Assembly (NCBI GenBank): GCA_043228905.1
Contig: JBHGNT010000017.1
Location: forward strand, 9,238,001 to 9,302,000
Length of the DNA stretch: 64,000 bases
Reading direction: 5' to 3'
Source: Azolla caroliniana
Taxonomy: Eukaryota; Plantae; Polypodiophyta
The position numbers were made by a program, and so were the translations under genes. This document shows, piece by piece, positions 38,354 to 51,929 of the stretch (position 1 is its first letter; each line of letters begins with the position of its first letter). The notes below the pieces were generated by a model. It saw only the letters and a list, made by a program, of their open reading frames with translations. It had not been told where the DNA came from and did not search any database.

Positions 38354-39404
38354 TGGGTCTATATGTATGTATGTATGTACATAGTTGGGATTTGAAGACC
38401 AAATTCGTTCAAAGGTAGCCAAAACTGTGTGCCTCCGGAGATTCTGCCAACCCTTGCGGTTTGGTTAAATAAAAAACCCCTTCATTTCATTGTAATGATT
38501 ACCTTCAACAGCAGATAGATAAACACCCCCCAATCCCCAATCCCCAATGGCTTATATATTGCCAATTGATATCCTCCTCCTCCTCCTCTGCTTTTCTTGT
38601 GACTTGAGGTTTGGCTGCCGGCTTTTGAAGTGCTGGCATTCCAATGACTCCTCTGCTTTGCTTTGCTTTTGCTGCTTTCTTGATGGCCAGGGGGGGGGGG
38701 GGGGGGCATGCATGCTAATATAATAATAGTGAGTGACCTGCGTCTACATTGCCTGGGTCCAGCTTGTTGCTCCATTTCTCTTCTTGGGAGCCGGAGCCGG
38801 AGCCAGTGAGTGGGTGAGGGGAAATATACATATATGTACATATGTATATGGCTTCTTTACTACTAGGTAGGTGCGATCATGCATTGCCTAGTACAACACT
38901 AGTCTTGACGCAATAGGCAACACAAAGTACTCGTTCAACACAAGTACTCACCCATACCTTATAAAGAGCTTTTATAAGCAAAAAATTCCAAAGATTATTC
39001 ATAGGAGTTCTTAACCATACATACTTATATTCTTTCTCCTATGATTACATTCTCTTGGGAAAGGAAAAACATTATAACATTTAACTAATGATTAGTGCTC
39101 ATTGATAATTATAGTGGTGCTTAACTAATTATCATGATTATGAAGATGATTAATAACTAATAGTCATGAATTAATGAGGATTATTTTTTTGAAAGCAAGT
39201 AGTTACGAAATATAGTGTACTACTTATGACACTAATTAACGTAAACAATGACAAAAACAAGAGAAGAGAAAGACTGAAAAGAGAAAATTAATAGTCAGCA
39301 AGTGAGTCTTCCTCACCTCCTTGGACTATACAAGGCCACTAAAGCTTAAAAAAAACTTACCTTAAGTTTAAATCAATGATTCTAGTTCCAAGTTGCCAAA
39401 GATG

Positions 39405-39426
39405 TAGGGTTTAGGGTTTAGGGTTT
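39405..39426 (+). repeat. Short interstitial plant telomere repeat (TAGGGTT)x3
   Basis: TAGGGTTTAGGGTTTAGGGTTT. Confidence 0.7.
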
Positions 39427-40868
39427 GCTGGAAAATTACAACTTATCATTGTGTTCTTTGTAAGAACCACCTAGAGTTCCAACGTATAAGAATATATCAC
39501 CATCTGTCCTTTTGTTGGGCAAGACAAGCAAAAGTGGGAATCAATCACTCTTGAATCATTAATGTATAGGCAAGCACTCAAGCAACCCCTAATTCTATTC
39601 TACAACTTAATCATATTCAAAACAACTAATAAGAGAACTAAATATATGAGAAACTTTACCTTGTTCAAATATAAAACTTGAAGAAAAACGGTATGAGAAA
39701 CCCCCAACAGAACTAAATTTCCATTAACTTGCTTAAATAATTATACATTTAGATACATATATAGTTTAAGCTCAGGGCTTGAGATTTAGAAAGTGATTAA
39801 AGAATGAGAGATAAAGGCTTAAGCTTGACCTCTAGGGATTTGAAACAAACCCTTGTAAAAGGTTTATAATTTCACCTTTGTCTTTCTTTCTTATTCAACA
39901 TTACTTACAATAATATCCCTTTTGCACTTCAAAGGGTATGAAGGTTTATAGATATTGCTTTTATACCTCATTACAATGTTTCGATCATTCTCTTTGTTGT
40001 CCAAAATCTCCAGGAGGTCTTCAACATACCCCAGACTGTAACATAGGAGTTGAGATGTCCAATGGATACTTAACATTGGAAAAGGCCTCAAATACCTCCA
40101 ATTGTAGCTTTAGCACTATGAAGCTGTGTATTACAGATTATTTCCACCTTAACTATAGAAAAATAGAACCATAAAATATAGAAAAGTTCCTAAAGCAAAT
40201 CCATCCACATGAAAGAGGAAAAAAGCACTTATATTGAAGTGTTATGTTTAATGCGTTCTTTCCTTATCACCTACGATCACAAATCCTATCATTGTGTTTC
40301 ACAACTTCACATTGCTTGCATCAGAGTTCCATACATGTATATAACGAGGCTTCCTTTCAAGCTAAATTTCTTGGACATACTGTGAATCAATCATCATCCT
40401 ACTCAAACAAAATACAATTCAGTAATCTCCTTGATACAGAAGAGGTTCAGTGAGTTTTGCACTTTGTCTGCACTCTCATGATCCATTCTTCATGGTAGTG
40501 CAAAGAAAATTTTGTAAATCACACCCAGCTCCATATTCGGTGTTCCCAGCCAAAAGGTTCCCAACCTTTAATATGGATAATAGGCATTTGTTTCAAAATT
40601 AGCCATTCTAAATGTGCTGTGCATTTATTGTCGATCCAATTGTCTATTTATGCTCAACACATGGGTCTATTTATTCTCGACACAAGGGTCTATTTATTCT
40701 CAATGCATCCATCACACTGTTTATTGTCAATGCATCACTCTTTTGATTCTTCCGTGCATTAGTCCCAATGATTTAGGCCTTTGTTTATCACATAATTATG
40801 CTTGATGCATTTGGTTTATGGAGAGAGACAGAAACAACCATCTTGAATGGAGTAACTAGCTTCTCCAT

Positions 40869-43800
40869 TCATGTGATACTGAACTTAGACAAGCCTGCTA
40901 ATGTTATGGAATGCAAGTGGCCATTTGTGATGAGTATGCTTCCACCTCCATGCACGAATGTCCGACTACCTTTGCATAAACTCTCTTCTATTTCTGATCC
41001 CTCTGAATCTGTAACCTGTTATATAGTATATCCGAGCTATAAACATTACTGAGGAATTATAACATCCTTGAAGGAGATGCATATGTGACGTAACTGACCT
41101 TTCCTCCTGCTTCCAATACGCATATAACTCCAGCTGCATGATCCCATACCTGTCATAATACAGCCACAATGCCTCAGATATTTCCGAAATGAGCGGGATA
41201 TTTGCATGTAATTTAGAGACAATTCCAAACATTTTTCCTTCACTCAATATATATCGTCTTTTGGCTTTTTTGAGATGCCATTCTAAAATCAGTCAACGAA
41301 AAAGTGCTAGAAAATTTCAAACTACAGCTTCATAATAGAACAATCCGGATGGATTATGGATTGTGCCTGGTACACCTATTTAACATCCTCCCTCATCTCC
41401 GCGTCAACATCCATCTCCAGGACGTAGCTTTCCTTGCCTTTCTGGAGTCTAACTTTGTGATCTTCTCAGAGTAAATGAAGTCCAGCTGCATCTGCCACCC
41501 TTTCCTGCCAGAAGACTTCCAGAGTGTAATGACCACAAAGCAGAAGAATTCTCAATAAGGCAGGCTAGTATACATAGCCAGAACTTATGACAATGACAGT
41601 AAAGAAGAACCGTCAACACTAAATATGCAAATTGGATGGTGTACATGGCAAAAAGAGAGGGGTCTTCTTCTTTTTTTCCCTGTTTTTTCCCTTTTTTCTT
41701 CATTCTATAGAAGCTGATTCCCTCACTTTGGAGACCTATGGTAACATCAGCAGTTTTACTAATTTGATTTGATTTATTTACCTTATTCTCCTCAAAGATG
41801 AAACAATATTTTAAGTCTCATTGACCGAAATGGCCTCTTAAAGAAATTTATATATGTTTCTTTCTTTATCAAGAAAATAAACAGGGTTGTATATTCACGT
41901 GGTGGATCCTTGTGGGAAATGCCTAACAGTCTCTCCTGAGATGACTATGAGGCACTGTCTCAGTGGAAACTTTAGATTTGAGCAGCTCGGCATCTCTGCC
42001 ACTTAATTTGGAAAGAGCCCTTGGAGAATAGTGGTGGTCATTGGAGCTGGCACGGCCAGATGCCACAGTGTCTTTCTTCTCATGTGCCATCATCCATGTG
42101 AATTGATAGATAGAAATTTGATTAGTCAGCAAGATAACACTCCTTTGCGAACGGCTTGATAGACTATCTCTCTTCAACTCCCTTGGCGTGATGCAGCGGA
42201 TGAGATGAAGATCCATGGACCGGCCCTCTCACCCCCATCCCGTAGGAACTATGAGATCACCTGCAGTTGTGCCATCAGTTGTATATTGGACTTAACTACA
42301 TATTCCGTTGAGCAATATCATAGTGCTGAGCATTAAAGGCTGCCTCCAGGAACTGTGTTTGTTAAATACCCAAGAGGGGTTGTGATGGAGGAAAATTGGC
42401 GGCAAAATTTTTACAAAGTACAAGGCCATTGGTAGTGGGGCTTCATAGGAGAGGAGCCAGAAGCAATGGTATTTTGAGCAGCCATAGACAGAGGTTATCT
42501 GCTACAACAATTCCTTCTCTTCCTCCTCTGTGAGACTACCATAGATAGCCATGGCCTTGAGAGTTTCTTATACAATGTATTACTTTTTACTCTAAAACTG
42601 AGAAGATAATCTATTAATTTCTGTAAGGAGAAAACATGACCCATAGGTTTTAACAATCATTATAAAACACTCTCCCCAGATCCGTAGGTGGTGAATTTGA
42701 AAATGGTACAGCACAATAAAAAACTATAGCGCTGAAATAAAAAAACTAAGCCTGTTTCATAGTTTCATTGTTTGGATCTTCCACGAGTTTGTTCTGTGGT
42801 CAAATAGACAAGAAAAGAGAATTCATAGTGTTCTCGGCAATGGTTCCATCCCTCATCACAATTATTTGAAAGCTAGAACAACCTTGTAAGAGATGTTGAC
42901 CTCCAACTAATGTGATAGGCAGGAAGCTTCCCTACTGCACATCTGAATCCAAGAATCAGATGAATATCCATATATCAAAGTTGCAGTATAAATCATCCTC
43001 AATGCAGAATATGCCTCAATAAAAGACCATCTCCATGAGTAACTTCTGCACACGTTTGCAGTACGTCCTCGTCTCTAGCTCAAGGCAATATTGTAAGATG
43101 ACTTTGCTAATCTCTGAGAAAGTATGAGATAGTCTATCTAAGAAGTACTAGAACAGAGGTACCCTGTCTATGATGAAACAATAGAGCTCAAACCACAGTT
43201 GGACATACCGACATGAAGTTTCACCCTCACCTGCCAACTGATTGAAGGACTCCAAATCTAACCTGGCATAAATATGTTGAGACTCTCTTTTTTTATGAAG
43301 ATGGGACACTAATTAGACTAAAAATTCTATGAATATTATGTTGGGAGACAGGTCCCTCCGGATGGGAAGGGAGAAGAACATGTTTCTAAGAGTCCATTGA
43401 GGCTATATTTGTAAATAGCCGAAAAGTCATATTAGTATAAATATAACTTAGGGCAAACTTTTAGTGGTTGGTGTTGTTGTCATTTTGTTGGTGCAAGAAG
43501 AAGAGAGAGCACGTAACAATGTACAGAGAGAGAGAGAGAGAAAGAGGGCGTTGCCTCTGTTGTAACCGCCGCCTGTGGCGAAGATCGTGAGCACGAGGTC
43601 GTTGCCTCCGTGAACTCATTGTTTGTACATTCCAACGTAGTGATAGTTTGCAGCCTGTGGGCTGCCGTGGTTTTTCCCTTAGTTTGGGTTTTCCACGTAA
43701 ACATCCTGTGCACTCTTTTCTTCTTCGTGTCATGCTTTATTTCCTGTTTTTCTGTGTATGATTCTAAGCTCGGTTGTGGCCGAGCGTTGCGCATAAGGAG

Positions 43801-46800
43801 CGTACAGTTCTTGTCATATTACTGGTGCAGCTGTTACAGGCATGACCATATAATATCCCGTGGTAAGATTGTACCGTAGTATTCTATACACGTGGATAAA
43901 GTGTGAGGGTTAAACGAGAGTGTAAGGAAGGGAAGGATTACCTTTAATCCTTAGGATTGAGACAACCCATTAAGGCCAAGTGTGAACTTGCCTGGGGCCC
44001 TTAGGCTTGGCTATAAATATGGGGCCTAACTACCCTCATTTGACATCTCTTGACTACATCGAGACTCTAAACTCGTGGTGATCAAACTCTTGTAGCGAGC
44101 GCGCCAGTACCAGGTATGACTCGACACCACGGCGATGGTATGGGACGCCGATCAAGGCTTGAGTCCGTCTCGATCCCTTCGCTCAGGATGGTCAGGTGGA
44201 TCGGCACCCTTCTTTCTCTCTCTCCTCTCTATCTATCTATCCATTAATTCTTTATCATATGCTTACACTAGGATCTACCCCTAATAGTAGCTGTATCAGC
44301 CTTGATAATCTTGTGGATACAGATGTTTTAGCTTGAATCATCCTAGAACTCATGGATACAAGAGGTCTTCGAGACCCACTAGCATAATGTTATATTACTA
44401 TAGGCAAACTGCAAGAAATAGAAAATGCTTTTAGAAAATATTCCACGTGCAATGTGCACACTGCTTAGTGTTTTCTTTGAACTGTTTCCCTAACTCCCAC
44501 AATGCAACCACCAGGACAGCTTTGAATATTTTATCGAAAATACGAAACGCCAAAACAAAATACCAGGAAGATTGATGATTTCTATTAAGAGAATATAAAA
44601 AGGTAAGGGCATAGAGTACTCTATAATTAATGCACAGTGTTCAGAACAGTTGAATCATTAACCTTAATATGCTTTTTGACCTGCGGAAGTAGAACAACAG
44701 AAACAGCTCCAACAGCAACAGCCATATATTTGCAAAGACTGCACCACACTCTGCATTCAGTATTAACATTTCGACAATGTAACTGACACATTATAAAAAG
44801 GCAAAACTACCTTCCACAACAGAAATGGAGGACAAAATCGCTACAAAATACTGAATTTGAATCCATGATATGTGCCAGAGGAGATAAATCCCAATCTTCA
44901 TGTCGTGACAGACCACACCATGCTGTGTCCAATGTAGTGCTTCCATCTACCAAACATTGTACAAATTCTTGATCCACCAAACTCGTATTAGTTCCTTGTC
45001 CCACAAGTGACAAAGGCTTAATCCAACTTCCATGGCCATTGCATGCAGCTACAAGGACCCCCGAAATTTCTTCGCTTTGTTGTTTCATTAACTTGTCCAA
45101 AGATTGTATTAGGCGTCTACCTGTCCTGGATTTCATTTTACAATGTGTGACAGATGGACAACCCATAACTCCTAGAACTAATCTTCCATTTACCACCAAT
45201 GCCAAGCCAATCTGAGCATATAAATTGTGAAAGCTACTTAAAAGAATGGATCACTTTTTAGATGCAATGTGATTGTACTGCTTTAAGCTTCATATTAAAG
45301 CTAATATAGCTTCATACGAACAACCCTAGAGGTTGAACAAAAACCCAAAGGGAGAGAAAAAATGAAAGGTGAAGAAACATCAATCATACCACATACAAGG
45401 AATCTCCACCTTCCAAGAATCCACGTGTTCCATCTATTGGATCCAGCACCTATACAATAAGAAACATAGACAGAATTATAGCACACATATTAAAAACCAG
45501 CATATGCCATGCATTTCTCAAATTGCAGTCAAACAGTCAAGCACCCTTCAAATATCTCGGTCAGCCATAGCAGGATAAGAACGCAATGAAAAAAAAGATT
45601 ACTCTCACTAAAATGTGGAATATTTAATGCTGCAGAATGTAAGTTGAATATGCAATACCAATCATGCAGTGAAGTTGTGCCCAGTTCAAACTTCAAAGTG
45701 TAGCATCAAGTTCAGAATCTCATAGCCCAAACAAACTGATACACCATTCCTACTCAGGTCATTAGTCATATCTTAGGTATCTTCAGTTCACTAGGGAAGA
45801 GTGCCCATTGTTTACTACTTATCAGTTTTGATGAAATTTACAACTCCTAAATTCCTAGGCTAATCAGGTTGCCGAGAAGGATTGTAGGGATTCCTCATTC
45901 TTATCATCGGGAACTATCTTGACAATATCTAAAAAACCAAAATTGTCAGGAGTAACATATCAAGTGCTACCTTCTGTGGATGGCGTTGACATGTGCACAA
46001 TGTTCTGGCACCCTCTTTACCATTTTTTTATTAGTTTCCGAATAATATCTTAGCCTCCACTAGTTGATATTTGCACGTTCTTGTGGTTTTCCATCTTGTT
46101 TATGTTTCCCCCACATAATCAGATTAATACAAATCCATTTGTATATAGCCACTAGTACACTACACAATGCACATGCAAGGTAGGTCTTGGAATTGTTTTG
46201 ATTTTCAAGATTTTTCGTGTTGTGATATTGGTAAGGTTTAGATGTGACCTCCAATGTTTTACTGTAAGTAGTGGCAAGCATCTATCAATGGAGAGGTTAG
46301 AAGCAGAAGAGAAAAAGGTTGCCTATGGGTAGTGAATACACAAACAGGAATGTAGCACTTGTAAGAAAGAGGTTGGAAGGTCAAATTTTCACTTGCAAAC
46401 TGATAGCAAACCCAAATAGATGGTGGAAAGGGGAAGAGCCAGAGGATACAACACAAAAGCAGCAGATCTTTCCCCGTTTCTTATACATCCCTTTTACAGT
46501 GCTTTACTAGATAATTTGCATTCAACCTATTACTAGAACAGTGTTTATTGGAGAAGAACGAGTGTATGTACTTACCCAAAATGTGGGTGTTTCCTTTCTG
46601 AAATGGGTGTCAGAAGAAAGATCTCCACCTCTATCAATTGCTTCCAAGATTATATCGTTCGTCACAGGTCCAACTGCTGTGGATGTCACTTTTGATACAG
46701 CCTCTACAACCATGTCCACTAAAGGCGTTTTGTATGCCTTTGCACTCTCTGCTTCTTTAAGATCCATTCTCAGGTAACTAGCATCCTCCTCTGCAACAAG

Positions 46801-49800
46801 AGGAATTGAAGGAAATAGTCGCCCAAGTTCTGTGATACAAGAAGTCGCAACAATTGAGGTGTGGAATCTATGCACAAAACGTGCAAGCGTTATGACCACA
46901 TACGAATTATGCTAGCTATGTGCTATAATTCTAAATCCCCACAATTGCTTACTATAAACATGCACCATATTTTCAAGTTAGTGATTAATAATGTCAACGC
47001 TGGACTGCATTTAAGGCAGCAACCTGACCACATATCTGATTTATGTAAAGAGAATCTTAAATTATAACAGATATGCTCTAAGATATCTCTTAGAATTTCA
47101 ACTATCTCAAAATCGGATCATAACTCGAGCAATTAAAATTCTAGGTCACATTTGTACCCATGCTAACAAGGGCTTGAATGCCAAAGTCTGCAACTGTAAC
47201 TGGAGTTTGATCACTCTTGTTCATTTGTTCTTCCCCATCCACAATCATAGATTTGCGCACCTGTTCAAATAATAATATGTAAGTTTCTTGTTCACAAGTT
47301 TTCTATCAATCCAAACTTCTTTCCAGTAACAAAAGGAAATACAGTAAACGAATCTAGATCAAGAACTATCTATAGATAATGTACATTCCAAGAAATTTTG
47401 AAGATGTTAGATGATTAACCTTCAAACGGTTCAAGTGTCTAAAGGAGCATTAGACTCTTTAACACAAGTCAAATTATAATGTTCGAGTAAAACTTCAAAT
47501 TGATCCCATGAGTGCTTTATATGCAGCAGAACGATGTGTATCCATTGATGCTTAAAAAAATCCAATATAATGTATGCTTGCATATAGTAGTGATATTTAA
47601 AAAACGAAAACCTATACTATTTTGAGAACAAAACTTATAATCACCATTAATTATGGCCATCCTACCTTAAAAGCCAAAAAGGATGTCCCATAATTATTTT
47701 CAGTCTGAGACTTTTGAGTTCAAGGAGCCTTGGCAATATCGTCAACAGCGTTCAATGCTACGTTAGTTAGAGAGAGATGTACCTTCATACTATGCCATTC
47801 ACTTGGTAACATATCAACCTTCAACATATCTGAACTTTGGATTTGCACCACATCCAACAATGGTTTAAAAGAAATCCACATTCTATTATCATGCACGGAC
47901 GTTAAACTTCATAGATGCTACCATTAGTTTCGTCATCAAACTCAAGATCCAAGAAAATTCATTGTTCTTGCATTTCATATTAACTGTAAATTGAGTCATT
48001 GAAACAGCACTCAAACTTCCATTCCTAATTTAATAAGTAAACATCACCATTCATATCTACATCAGAGCCCATTTTCGGTTACAAAGAGCAACAATAGAAG
48101 CTGAGGAACTCTGAATTTTTTCCTAATTTATTGTTCTTGAGTTGGATATTAAGTGCATATTGTGGTGGTTGCCGAAATATTATTAGGATCTTATTAAACC
48201 TCCACCATAAGCAATAGGCCGTATTAATACTTATGTGCCCTTCCAATCAGAAGTAAACCAGGATTATACGTGATCTCCTTTCACATAGACATATCTTGAG
48301 GGTAGTTGCTAAGCTGGAATCAAAATTTAATGCACACATATGTTCTCTTGCGTGGAGACTACTGATGAAGACATTTGTCATCATTCTCTGTTTCTGTGTC
48401 AACTTTCATCAGGAAGAGTTGCATTTGTAAATCATGCCAGAGATGAGGTTTTCTTATAAATAATAGGAGACCTTTGTCAGAGGTTAGAGTGCACAATTGA
48501 ACTTTTGAAAATCAAATTCTATCCGTAGCAGAATTCTCATCATTCAAATTTCTGACTGTAATGCTAAGTACCAATGTAGCATTCAGACCACATGCTGCTA
48601 GATATCTCACGTAAGTGACCTATTGTTTTCCAACCAGAGAAAGAACTTTGCAAATATCCCAAACAGTTCAGTCAAGTACTTCTAAAACAATAATACAAAA
48701 AAAATCCAAGGAACTTTGAAAGGGATCCAATTCAACCAAATAGTTCACTATTTGGTTGACTTGGGAACTATATTGACCATAATCATACTAAGATTATTGT
48801 TACAGCTTGATATAATTTTCTACTTTAGTCAAATTTATTCAAGGCTCATTACCATTACATTTGAATTTTCTCCTTTCATATTTATAAAAGCCCAATTTGA
48901 ACATAATTTGGATCCATGCATTCACCACATTTGATTGCAAAACGTCCAGCAGACAGAATTCTTGAACATTAGGATTGTGTTGTTTTCTTTAATACCATTA
49001 TGGTTTATCGAAGAAATGAGAGTAATGCCCAACATCTAGATATTACTTTTCTATTTCTTACACTTATGTAGCATTATGTCAATCCTTGGTAGCCAGACGA
49101 AAATAGAATACTTGAATCACATTGTTTCTAAGGATTAACTCGATCTTGATCATAAATTATTAAAGAGTGGCCTGACACAAGCACATACTTGAAGTCTGCT
49201 TTTTAGCCAGATAGAGTAATGCAGTTATTATCAGATATTTATGTGCAATTTATCCTACATATTATTTCCATTAAAAACTCTGCTTAGGAAAGTACTTGTA
49301 TTTCAACAATTGGTTGTTATAGATGTACATAGTTGTATGAAATTCACCCATAAATGAACGTTTATTTTCATGTAAATTGTGTGGTATGAGCATCTGGTTC
49401 CAAAGAGTGAAACTATGATCCACTATGACATAATCCTAAAACTATTTGATGTATTTTAACACTAGCCAAATCTAATTTCTTGTTTACAAACACAAGGATA
49501 TGGATAAATATTTTACGTAGTTATGTACCTAAGGAGTTAACAAAAAATGCATTTATTTTCTTGTTTATGGAGACATGGATGCAGACTATCTTTAATTAAA
49601 TATATGCCTCCAAATCCTCAAAGCTAAATTGTTGTACATTTACTCTTACGAAAATTATTACTGATAATATAGCATCATGTTTTTTCCCAACTCCTTGAAC
49701 ATTGGGTGTAAGTCCTTTGAGTTTCTCTGTAGAGTTTATACGAAGTAGCAAAATATTAAATTCAGGAATCCAAAAGTATGCACTGGCTGTATGGCTTTGT

Positions 49801-51128
49801 GAATCTTTCCATACATTAGCACTCACTATTAAGACATTATTCTGAAGCATTAAAAAGTCACTTGAACAGCCAAATGGGATTGGTTTAAAAACACCCCTGT
49901 ATATGAGAGAATATGGAAAGGAGGCTCACACAAATATTACACTTTGTGAAGATTTCATCTAAAAGCATCTGGAACCTGCAAGAACTTTAAATACTTATGT
50001 GAAACGACATGTTTGGTTGATCAAATCCTTTGGATGTGTCAACCTAGCTTTACATGTTTATAGCCTATCTTTGTGTGTAATGCAACCTAGATTTGGTATA
50101 ATAAATTACTTACATTTATCAAAATAATTTACATGTTTATTTGGGGCATCTTTAAACATTGTCAAGTCATCGAAAAGTTCTTACTGTTAATTCACCATGA
50201 TTGAGAATTTTCCTTTGACGATCACAATCTCATCCTACATGGAAGTCTTGTATTTATCTAGAATCAGGTGCTCGTGCTCTCAATAAACAGTATTATGAAA
50301 GACCTCAAAAAGTTCATAAATCATGATGATATAGATGCTGTATGTCCAAGTTATATATGAAACCCTATAAATAATTTTGAACTCTAACAAGTTTAAATGA
50401 AGACATGATATGATGATCATAGAACAAAACTGATAACATACAGTATTGCATAGGTGACATGCTTTTTCCACTACATCAACTGCTGCTTCAAGTTCCTGCT
50501 TGTAAACTGAACCCTCAAAGGGAAAACAAGATGCAGTCAATCTGCATGGCATATGCACAATTAAGAAGCTATTACATTACTTTAATAACTAGGAATGGAA
50601 TTTAGCTTTGATCTGAAAATGCATAGAATCACCTTATCAGTGTATTTAGAGATACTACTTCCGTCAAACAAATAAGGGATCAAGGAAGAATTTTGATCGT
50701 CAGAATCTTCTCAAAGACTTTAAAACAGTATGGCTTGAATTGAAAACGACAGTCAGTTCCCATATTTTTACCTCACAACTACTTTATACGTATAAACTTT
50801 GAAACTAGGATTAAACAAAATTTTAGTTTTAATTTGTATCTAGTGAACTACCCCTCCTGGATGATTTAGTCAATTGTGATTCTTCAGGTCCATTGAACAA
50901 ATGCAATACCTTCTTTGTTTCTACACATACAATTATCATGGGACCTTGTCTATCATCTAGATTTGAGGCACGAATATAATATGGATTGAATCATCACATA
51001 GAGTTTTTTTTCCTAATTATCATGTCATATTACACACACATACATACATATATGTAAAGACATTTGTATCTGTATATCAATTCATACTTATATGTATGCG
51101 AGTATGTACAAATTTATGTATATATACA

Positions 51129-51188
<60 letters not shown>

Positions 51189-51831
51189 CAAGGGTAAATG
51201 TAGAACCAATGTTGTTTCAGTTGTTAGATGTTGAGTCCACTGACTGATTTTCTATATAATTACATGTTGAATCACTAATGGATTAGGATTCATTAAAATA
51301 GTGTAATTCCTCTCAATAAAAATAGGACTTGGCACATATGTTATGAAGGAGCAAACATTTCTACAAAATGGAAGTGAATTTCTAACAGAATTTCCAATGC
51401 ACAAGACACCATTTTCGAAGTTAGTTTATTAAGAACATTGATACATTTTACAAGTTAAATTCTCGTTTCATTTCAAAATCGCCTTGATCGACTTATGTAT
51501 GAATTCAAGCATTGGTGAATGAAGAAAACAGAAACATAAAAACTGAACGTTAAGGAATGCCCAATTTAAGGTTGAAGGATTCATGAGGCCGTTAAGCTTT
51601 GGTAGAGAAAAGAAGAAATTGGAAATAAAAAAAAAGGAGTGGGAAATGGGGAGGAGACCTGTGTGAGGAGGCAGGAAGCTTGAAGCGACTAGAGGAGAGG
51701 ATGGAGAAGGATCCATAGGTAGGTGTAAGTGTGTTTTTCACGTTCAGGAGAGACTGACTGCGATCCATGTGAGGGAGCCGCGAGGGGGAGAAGGATGAGC
51801 GAAAGACAGAGAGGGCAGAGGAGATGACCAT
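40869..51831 (-). CDS. 3'(2'),5'-bisphosphate nucleotidase / PAP-specific phosphatase (HAL2/SAL, inositol monophosphatase family), organelle-targeted; exons 51831-51659, 50541-50442, 47260-47158, 46829-46576, 45449-45390, 45211-44811, 44738-44663, 41149-41099, 41015-40869
   Basis: ELEAAVDVVEKACHLC, TPVTVADFGIQAL, LVAEED, WVLDPIDGTRGF, LGVMGCP, CCGSLCKY, WDHAAG..EAGGKVTD, ITNGHLH; GT-AG junctions in phase; Ser-rich N-terminal transit peptide. Confidence 0.9.
43339..43831 (+). mobile_element. Probable Copia solo LTR in intron (boundaries approximate)
   Basis: Starts TGTTGG; TATAAATA at ~43436; GGGTTTTCCACGTAAA U5-type motif at ~43686. Confidence 0.5.
43832..44286 (+). mobile_element. Solo LTR (455 bp)
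   Basis: TGTTA...TAATA, flanks GCAGC/GTAGC (1 mismatch), TATAAATA at ~44012; homologous to 61713-62168. Confidence 0.85.
47650..49200 (-). pseudogene. Decayed LINE RT fragment in intron (approximate)
   Basis: Minus-strand remnants resembling RPI-L (48205-48220), DF-K (48500) and AVDDIA (47735-47750) in RT order. Confidence 0.4.
51133..51185 (+). repeat. (TG)n microsatellite
   Basis: Perfect TG run in intron 1 of the phosphatase gene. Confidence 0.95.
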
Positions 51832-51929
51832 CGCTTCTTCTTCTTCTTTCTTCTTTCTTCTTCTTCTTTCTTCTTTTGCGCTTGATAAGTTGCGCTCTCT
51901 CGTAAAATACATACATACATACATACATA

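Noticed and set aside
40470-40570. Alternative last exon of the phosphatase
   Set aside because: No family motif; the exon at 41015-40869 supplies the expected VTD..ITNG terminus.
43494-43730. miR156/miR535-like hairpin (AGAAGAGAGAGCAC ... GTGCACTCTTTTCTTCTT)
   Set aside because: Lacks the TGACA 5' end, the arms are ~200 nt apart, the match is low-complexity, and it lies in an LTR-like sequence.
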